The position numbers were made by a program, and so were the translations under genes. Positions 55,251-64,000 of a stretch of DNA of 64,000 nucleotides are shown one piece after another. The DNA comes from Octopus vulgaris. Taxonomy: Eukaryota. Below the pieces are notes generated by a model. That model had not been told where the DNA came from. It ran no database searches and worked only from the letters and a program-made list of their open reading frames with translations. Position 1 is the first letter of the stretch. The number at the start of each line of letters is the position of its first letter. The DNA is taken from assembly GCA_951406725.2 (NCBI GenBank), contig OX597836.1, positions 6,696,001-6,760,000 on the forward strand, given 5' to 3'.

Positions 55251-55660
55251 GGCACAGGCATGGCTGTGTGGTAAGAGAGCTTGCTTCCCAACCACATAGT
55301 TTCGTGTTCAGTACTACTGCGTGAAACTTTGACCAATGGTCTTCTACTATAGCCTCAGGCCGACCGAAGTCTTGTGTAAGGATTTGGTAGATGGAAACTG
55401 AAAGAAGCCTATCATATACATGTATATATGTATATACATATGACGTGTGCATGTGTGTGTGAGTGTGTGTATTTTTGTGTCTGCGTTTGTCCTCCACCAC
55501 CATTTGACAGCCGGTACTGGTGAGTTTATGTCCCCGTAACCAAGCAGTTCGACGAAAGGAACCGATAGAATAAGTACTGGGGTCGAATCATTGGATTAAA
55601 ACAAATTGCTTAAGATGGTGCCATAAGCATGGCCGCAGTATAATGACTGAAACAAGTAAA
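55251..55660 (+). mobile_element. SINE family A, full length
   Basis: Head to tail. Confidence 0.88.
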
Positions 55661-55668
55661 ACAAAAAT

Positions 55669-56213
55669 AAAATACAAGTCTCCGAGATGGAATTCCTCTG
55701 AAGGGTCCTTAAACTAACGTTGCCCAACTGAATAGGAAACTCGGAATTCAGATCCGGATTACGGGCAAAAACCAAACCGGCAGAAAACCGAGGGCGAGAG
55801 AACACGAGTAATATGGTTGGGTGACGTCCATGAGCTGGGCTGGTCACGCTTGGGGATCCAGCCGAATCAGTTGGAGACGGTTGCTTCCAATAGGACTTTT
55901 CGGGAGGCCTCCATGTAGAGCCGCTACTTTTCCGAGTTAGAGAGATCACAGCACGGATGCATACGGGGCATGTGGTAAAAATGTCTCGGGAAAAAATCTC
56001 TGGACAAGTTTTACAGACAAAATCAACCGGAAATGGACCTAAGAGTAGATTCTAATCAAGACGGTTAGAAAACATCTGTGAGCTTGGTTGGTCCCGCTCG
56101 GGGATCTCGCTGGATCCATTGGAGACAGGTGCGTTTGACAGGGCTTGATTAAAAGCGTGATTGGGGACTCTGCTCCCACGATCCTCACGCGAATCAGTGA
56201 GCAAAGAGACGAG
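55669..56213 (+). mobile_element. RTE-clade (Rex3/Expander-like) LINE 3' fragment, decayed
   Basis: KIQVSEMEFL*RV..NSEFR..LHVEPLLFRV..GHVVKM..ELGWSR.GI..LLPR, matching the Rex3-type IQAAEMxFLRRV..VEPLLL..GH..LLPPRP C-terminus. Confidence 0.85.
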
Positions 56214-56256
56214 ATATCATAATCATAATAAGATCATTTCTATGCTAATATAAAAA

Positions 56257-56475
56257 GGCTGCGGGCTGGTGGAATCGTTAGCACGCCCAGCGAAATGCTT
56301 AGCGGCATTTCGTCCGTCCTTACGATCTGAGTTCAAATTCCGCCGAAATCGACTTTGCCTTTCATCCTTCTGAAGTCGATAAAATAAGTACCAGTAGAAT
56401 ATTGGGGTCGATGTAATCGACATAGCGCCCTCCCCCGACCATTCAGGCCTTGTGCCTATAAAAGAAAGGATTATA
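56257..56475 (+). mobile_element. SINE family B (tail type 2)
   Basis: Full head, Meta-like body and tail. Confidence 0.88.
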
Positions 56476-57410
56476 ATGTTAATATCATTATCAAGCAAAT
56501 AATAATATCTTAGTAACCTCATTATCATAAGAATATCATCACCATAGTATCATCGTTTTTACGCTAATAAGATTATCCTATTAATACCCTTATCATGATA
56601 ATATAATTATCATGCTAATACGATCATTCTATTAATATCATTATCATGAAAGTATCACTACAGTGCTATCATTATCATACCAATAAGATTAATACCGTGT
56701 TATTATTATCAAGGGAATATCATTATTATGGTATAACATCCTTTTCACAGAACTATCATTATCATGCAAATAAGATTACCATTTTAATATCGTTATCATG
56801 CTAATGTAATATCAGTATCACAGTAATATTACTCATGGTAATAACATTATCATACTTATAAGTGCAATGTGGCCGAATGGTTAAGAAGTCGTTTCACAAC
56901 CAAGAGGTCCCGAGTTCAATCTCGGGCATGGTGCCTTAAGCAAATTTTATTCTGACCTTATGCCAAATTTTGAAACTATCCTCATTATCATGCTAATAGC
57001 AATATCAAAGTTTATTATGATTATCACGCTAAAATTATAATCATGGAAATATCATTATCGTGATAATGTCATTGTCACAGTAATATCGTTTACATCTTAA
57101 TAAGATTAGCACGATAATATCCATACTAATAATATTTAAGGCCGTGCAATCAGTTCCGTCAATATCACATTTAGACTTAGATATCAATATCTTGATTGTA
57201 TCAATCAAAAGTATTTATATAATTATCACGATAATAAAATCATTATCATGATAATATTACCACGGTAGTAAAATCACGTGGGTACGACTAATATGACAGT
57301 AATCTCACTGAATATCATAATATCAATGTTATTCTTAGAACGATATCATGGAGGGGCGGATTAATATTAACCACGGGTGTGATATTGTAATAACATTATT
57401 TTGGTTATAA
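56476..57410. repeat. Cryptic AT-rich repeat built from ATATCATTATCATGCTAATA-like units, with a decayed tRNA-like SINE head at ~56862-56945
   Basis: Recurrent ATTATCATG/AATATC motifs; GTGGCCGAATGGTTAAG..GAGTTCAATCTC. Confidence 0.65.
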
Positions 57411-57473
57411 CACTTAAGGCGCTAATATGAGCTCATTTGCAAATATAAATGGAAATGGCTATATGTGTGTGTA

Positions 57474-57581
<108 letters not shown>

Positions 57582-57721
57582 CACACACACAGACATATAT
57601 ATATATAAGCACACAGTTATACACTCACGCATATGCATTCATATGTATGTATATATGTACGTATTATGTATGTATATATATATATATATATATATAGACA
57701 GAGATAGAGAGAGAAAGCGAA

Positions 57722-57812
<91 letters not shown>

Positions 57813-57819
57813 TAATATA

Positions 57820-57980
57820 GGTGCAGAAGTGGTTGTGTCGTAAGTAGCTTGCTTATCAACATGGCTCCGGGTTCAGTCCCACTGCATAGCACCTTAAGCA
57901 GGCGTCTTCTACTATAGCCTCAGGCCCACCAAAGCCTTACGAGTGGATTTGGCAGATGGAAACTGAAAGAGGCCCATCGT
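57820..57980 (+). mobile_element. SINE family A 5' half
   Basis: Family A head and body. Confidence 0.85.
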
Positions 57981-58082
57981 ATACATATATATATAGAAAG
58001 AGAAAGAGAGGTTATGAGAGGTAATGGTGTCATATCCCGGAGACAGTTGTAAGACATATTTATAAAAGTTTTAAAATCTTCA

Positions 58083-58217
58083 CTACCCATTTGATTGCAC
58101 CCTGTCGAACATGAAATATAGTGTGTTGCTGAAGGACACAACGCACCGACAGGAATCGAACTCACGACCTTACGTTCGTGAGCCGAGTACCCTAACCACT
58201 AAGCCACATACCTTCAC
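58083..58217 (-). mobile_element. SINE family D head
   Basis: GTGAAGGTATGTGGCTTAGTGGTTAGGG..GAGTTCGATTCC. Confidence 0.7.
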
Positions 58218-58244
58218 GTTAATATTAAATAAAGTAATATCCAC

Positions 58245-58420
58245 CATCTTAGCGGTATTACGTCTGTCTTTACGTTCTGATTTCAAATTCCGCCGAGGTT
58301 GACTTTGCCTTTTATCCTCTCGGGTCGTCGATAAATTAAGTACCAGTTACGTCCTGGGGGCAATCTAATCCACTGGCACCATCCCCCAAAATTTCAGGTC
58401 TTGTGCCTATAGCAGAAACG
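58245..58420 (+). mobile_element. SINE family B (tail type 2), 5' truncated
   Basis: TTCAAATTCCGCCGAGGTTGACTTTGCC.. Confidence 0.85.
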
Positions 58421-58842
58421 AATATTCTTATGGGCTTCTACATACATATCAATATTGATGGAGGCCATGCTGTCAATATAAGTCGACGATACATGAGACG
58501 CATGTCTGCATTTTCATGAAAATAATGACTTGAATTTAAGTGAGAGAACTTTTATTCAAGTCCATTTCCCTCTCTTACACAAGTCAGTTTCGAAGCAGAG
58601 GCGAGAAGAGGTCAAGATTGATAGATGTGGGTCTAGATTTGGTGGACGAGTCGAACATCTGTGATCTCTTTCTCTGAGCCACACGTTTTCAGTCCGCCAT
58701 TTTAACTGTTTATTCACCAAAGTATTATGTTTGGTTTTATGTTATGTTATGTATGTACGTATGTATGTATGCATGTATGTATGTACATATATATCTACAA
58801 AAACACAAATATATACATATATGGTTATATATGTATACATGC

Positions 58843-58908
<66 letters not shown>

Positions 58909-58998
58909 GTGTGTGTATATGTGCGCGTGTATTTCGTTTTTGTGTTTGGTTTGCAAGATTCTTTATAGGAATTCGTGTGTTGAAGCATATTTTATTGT

Positions 58999-59131
58999 GT
59001 CCGGGGAGAGACATTCTCTTTTAGCGCCTTATTAATTTAACAAACCGATTTCCACTCGTTTACTAAGTAAATGAGTGGAAATCGGTGATTGTGTTAAATT
59101 AATAAGGCACCAAAAAAGAATAACTCTCCCC

Positions 59132-59135
<4 letters not shown>
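58999..59135. mobile_element. Short palindromic copy of the 17.5-kb foldback family, abutting (TA)n
   Basis: GTCCGGGGAGAG...CTCTCCCCAGAC with centre TTTACTAAGTAAA. Confidence 0.85.
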
Positions 59136-59176
<41 letters not shown>

Positions 59177-59288
59177 TACTGTTGCTTGTAGCCCCAGTAA
59201 GGCATCTCCTCCAGCTGGCTATTGACACATTATGTGTGCCCTATCAGTATTTGCAAAGGGAAAGTTTCAGAGATTTATTATATATATA

Positions 59289-59366
<78 letters not shown>

Positions 59367-60090
59367 GGTGCAAAATATTACTAACAATCGGTAGGTACGA
59401 AAGCCATTTTACACCATCATTTATTAATTTTCGGTTTTAATTACTATATCCACGTACATTATAACGTATTTGATATATCTTAAGATATTAATATTTTATT
59501 ATAATATCTTATTGTATGTTCCCCTCTCTCTCTCTTTCTCTCTCTTTATATACATATATATATATATATATATACATACAAACATGGACACTATGTATCT
59601 AGATAGATAGATAGATAGTGTATATATGTGTACGTGTGTATGTTTATATGTGTGCGTGTGTGTGTACATACATATATACATAGATAAACACAAACATAGA
59701 CACATACACATACAAGCACACACGCTCTAAATGATATGTAGTTGTCTTGTTATTGATACCATGCTGCGATTTTATTAATGACGTCATCATTAATAATGAT
59801 AAAACGGTTCTTAAGTTTAAAATTCAATAATAAATAGTGAATTAAATATGAGAGGAAGTTAACATCAAAATATCGATTGATATTTATTGATTTTTTAGCG
59901 GATGTTAAAGGTTACACATTTCTAGAGTTGTGTGTTGACAATTCTATCCTGAGACTGTTCTTTAGAGGACCCCAGTTAGATGACATTGATAGATTTTTGT
60001 CCGATTTGAACTTGCACTCCGAAGAATTAAAACTAAGTAACAGCGGAATCTGTCGAGCGTTCAAAAATTGTCATCCAATAATGAAAATAA

Positions 60091-60350
60091 CGCCGTCGAC
60101 CGGATATTGTTATATTGAATAAGAGAGACAAATACTGTCAGATCATTGATGTATCTATACCAAATGGCATGAATGTTACGAGTAAAGAGGTTGAAAAAAT
60201 CACCAAGTACTCCGGACTGAAAGTGGAAATGGCAAGAGAGTATGGAATGCGAGAGAGTAATGTAAAAGTGATACCAGTGGTGATCGGAGCGTTGGGCTCA
60301 ATCCCATTGAAACTTTAAGAATTCTTAAGGCAACTGGAAATCCCAAAACT
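60091..60350 (+). mobile_element. Restriction-like endonuclease domain of an R4/Dong-like LINE, followed by (TAA)n
   Basis: RRRPDIVILNKRDKYCQIIDVSIP..KEVEKITKYSGL..VIPVVIGALGSIP: canonical PD..D..EK..KY..GALG pattern. Confidence 0.88.
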
Positions 60351-60372
60351 GTGTTACGAAGGAATAATAATG

Positions 60373-60420
<48 letters not shown>

Positions 60421-60850
60421 TTTTGGAATCTCGGAGCAAACGTAGTTATTTAAGGGATTAGGTGCAAGACAGACACATCCACCCCAATATTTCAGTGGTG
60501 CTTTATTTTAATGACCCCGAAAGGATGACGGATAAAGATGACATCGACGGTATTCGGACCGTAGACAATTGGAAGAGGTGCTGCTTCTAATTCTTAGAAA
60601 GAAGAAAAAGAAAGAAGAAGAAGAAGAAGGGGAGGAGGTGGATGAGGAGGAGGCGGGGAGGAGGAGGCGGGGAGGAGGGAAGAAGAAGAAGGGCAGCAAC
60701 AGCTACCACAGCATGACCTTCACGAGTTTTTTTTTTTACGGAAAAGTGTGACTGTTTACAGTGAAACCGAATAAAAGAAAATAATAAAAGTGAAAGTGAA
60801 AGTAGAGAATCATACGTCCATACATATACGCTTATATCTATCTATCTATC

Positions 60851-60895
<45 letters not shown>

Positions 60896-60899
60896 ATAT

Positions 60900-60952
<53 letters not shown>

Positions 60953-61058
60953 TACATACACATACACGTATGTTTATATATTCAAACATACATATATACA
61001 TAGGTATGGTTATGTACACTGTCACGGCTCGTATAAACATGTATACATGTGTGTTTGT

Positions 61059-61092
<34 letters not shown>

Positions 61093-61995
61093 TGTGTATT
61101 ATTTACACAATATATTATATGCACAGTACACTGTATACACAGTAAATAAATATTATATAAAGCCTAAAGAGGAGGCCCATGTCGTGACTAACAGTCGGTG
61201 AACTCCACAGGGCGATGGGAGACGAGGGCATTACATGTACAAATTACAAAACCACCGGAGAGAGAGACAGGACCATCGTATCGATTATTAAAAAAGAAAA
61301 CCAATGCAAAACGGTAATGGAAAACAAATGTATAAAATAAACGAAATTAAACGTCTCAGTAGAGTGAGACACTTAGAACGAAATCAAGGAACACTGCAGA
61401 TCCGGAAATCAAGAGATCTCTACCTATAAAGAGCAATTTCACTCTCAGCTGTATTCTTCCGGCTTCCAGGCGCATGCTGAGTTGAGGGATTTTCGATGAG
61501 GTTATTTGGCTATTTTGCTTCTGTCGTTCGCAATTCGACAGGTTTACTGGTGTGGTGGTGGTGGCGTGAGGGGCAACGGCTCGCTTCTCCATCCCTTAAC
61601 CTTCTCCTTTAAGTAGTACTTGAAATTCATGAGGCTTTGGTTGCTGACGAGAAACATGTCATTTGATATATTGTTAATGGGAAGGACGACTTAAGACATC
61701 TCGACGCAAATAGAATGGAGTCTAAAGAAAGTTTAAAGAAATACAACAGCTTCCCCTCAGCATACTTATAAAAGACAAGACATACTTGTATGCATGTGTG
61801 TGTATGCGTGTGTGTGAGAGTGTATATATATATATATATATATACATATATAGATGTATATGTATACACATGCACACATACATATATATATATCAGATGA
61901 AAATCTAAGTTACGATAACCAAGTTTGATGACACACAAGAACATACACGCAAATATATGTATATATTAATCATATGTATGTATATATATATATAA

Positions 61996-62118
<123 letters not shown>

Positions 62119-62673
62119 TAGCATGCTTTAAGTGCCGATACCTTCAAAAACTGCCAGTGGTAGTTTTTCGAAGGAATTGGCACTTCAGGCAGGCTGGACA
62201 CGGGCCGTTTTCGCCCTATCTCCCTTGATTTAATTATATACGAATGTGGCATTATCATTAATTTAACGCATTAATTGCTTTATACAATGCTGACAACTTG
62301 ATAAAAATCATTAACGTGATATTTATCCTTATATCCTTTTATGAATTAATAAATAATATATATATATATATATATATAATAATAATAATACACACACACA
62401 CACACATACTTATATATATATATAAATGTATATATGTGTGTGTGTGTATGTATGTATGTATGTATGTATATATATATATGTATGTATGTATATATATATA
62501 TGTATATGTATGTGTGTATAAATTTTCTTTTATTTTTGCCGCTGGACACCTATTTATTCATCATATTTTACATACAGAAATTTAGGGCCTCAGAGCCTGT
62601 TGGAAAGGAAGAAAATCTATCTCGATTTAGGAGGAACCTAACACATATTTGTAACAATATTATTGGGCTCAGC

Positions 62674-62850
62674 AAGGCGGCGAGCAGGCAGAAGCGTTAG
62701 AATGCCGGACAAAATGCTTAGTGGCTTTTCTTCGGACTTAATGTTCTGAGTTCAAATGTTGCCGGAGCAAGTACCATCTGAGCACTGGAATCGATGTAGT
62801 CGACTAGCCCCGGTCTCCCTGCCCCAAAATTTCCGGCCTTTTTGCCAAAA
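62674..62850 (+). mobile_element. SINE family B with internal deletion
   Basis: GGCGGCGAGCAGGCAGAAGCGTTAG..GTTCTGAGTTCAAAT..CCCCAAAATTTCCGGCCTT. Confidence 0.8.
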
Positions 62851-64000
62851 TTATTAACCAATATACCGGGCTCAACTAAAGTCACATAAGTTGGTGAGAT
62901 TAAACGTCTAATCAATTAAATCTACCACCCTAAATCCGAAATCACGCTTCTGACAAAACCCAACGCAATTTTCGTCTAACCAGTTCCATTCACAAGTAAT
63001 TGGTAAACTACTCATACGAGCCATGATTTTGTACATTGCTATACCCATGGCCCTAATTCCCCATAGGATCTCTTGGAGGAATGGATTTTTTTTCTTTGTC
63101 AATGCGTTGTAATTTTTGCTTTAAAGATTAACAACTTAAGTGAAACAGCTCCAATGGCGACAGGAAGCTGTATAACCGTGATTTTAATCTTTATTACCTG
63201 ACTTATTTCGACTAGACACCACCCGAATTACCAAGGATTTTTATACTGGTTCAGTATAAATCTAGGTCTTTCATTTAACTCAGAGCATCCGTAAATCTCT
63301 CAAGATTATTTATATATCCCCTGGAAATATCTTCCGTATGGTGAAAGGGTGTGAGCGGCTTTACATGGAAGATTGGTGACGGTTGCCCATGCATGGTATC
63401 TCTCAGTTCCATGTGACCAACATTCAAGAGCCGTGTGAAGGGCCGACGGAACTTTGTAGAAATTTAGACTCATTTGTTGCTCTCAGGACGGAAAATTACT
63501 TACTCGCGGCGGCATCCACCCGGGGTGTGTCAATCGGGCTCCGATTAACAAGTTCATCAGATTCCTCATGAATGTTGACCACATCCAACGGTGGACCTTA
63601 ACGTTCTGGCAAGCAAAGTAAGGAGATGCTTCTGCAAGCGAACCTAAAATCCACCTTGCAAATTTGACAAATTCGACAAATGCAACGTAGATACCATAGC
63701 CATAAATATCATTTGCTGTTGAGGTACAAATTACATGCTCGGAGATTGAGTGAGGGTTTCAAGTTCATACGGGGTCCCCAGTCACATGCAAAGGGTCCAA
63801 GAGAAGTGAAGTAACGAAACGCTTCCAACTGTCTGACACTTTGACCAATCCACTCGCCTGGGGATAGCATTATACTGATACCGAAACGATGAAAAGTAAA
63901 GTTTGTCTGCTTCCGGGTTTGAACTTCTAGCACAAACAACCGGAAGAAGTAAGATCATGGATGCTCTAATGACTTTGCCAATTCTAAGATTTACGAAATA

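Noticed and set aside
61644-61662. CTGACGA-GAAAC-AT-GTC hammerhead core
   Set aside because: No stem II and no stem I pairing; consistent with chance or terminal decay

Overview
AT-rich eukaryotic DNA saturated with microsatellites. The tRNA-derived SINE families and repeat landscape suggest an octopus/coleoid cephalopod (inference). No intact protein-coding gene is visible; almost all ORFs in the track are microsatellite translations, so this looks like intergenic or large-intron sequence. It contains: (1) many copies of at least four tRNA-headed SINE families with swappable 3' tails, some nested with clear target-site duplications; (2) decayed LINE fragments (RTE/Rex3-like, RTE-BovB-like, two restriction-like-endonuclease elements, orphan 3' ends); (3) an internally deleted mariner with perfect 25-bp TIRs and TA TSD, plus other DNA-transposon relics; (4) about a dozen type I hammerhead-ribozyme (HHR) motifs of the minimal Penelope-like kind, often beside (TA)n and inside inverted duplications. 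The two most notable candidates are an HHR family whose core carries a compensatory G3-C8 swap (12.5 and 14.4 kb) and a tRNA/Pol III-headed element ending in an HHR (28.4-28.7 kb). All structures were read by eye; boundaries are approximate and no catalytic activity is demonstrated.
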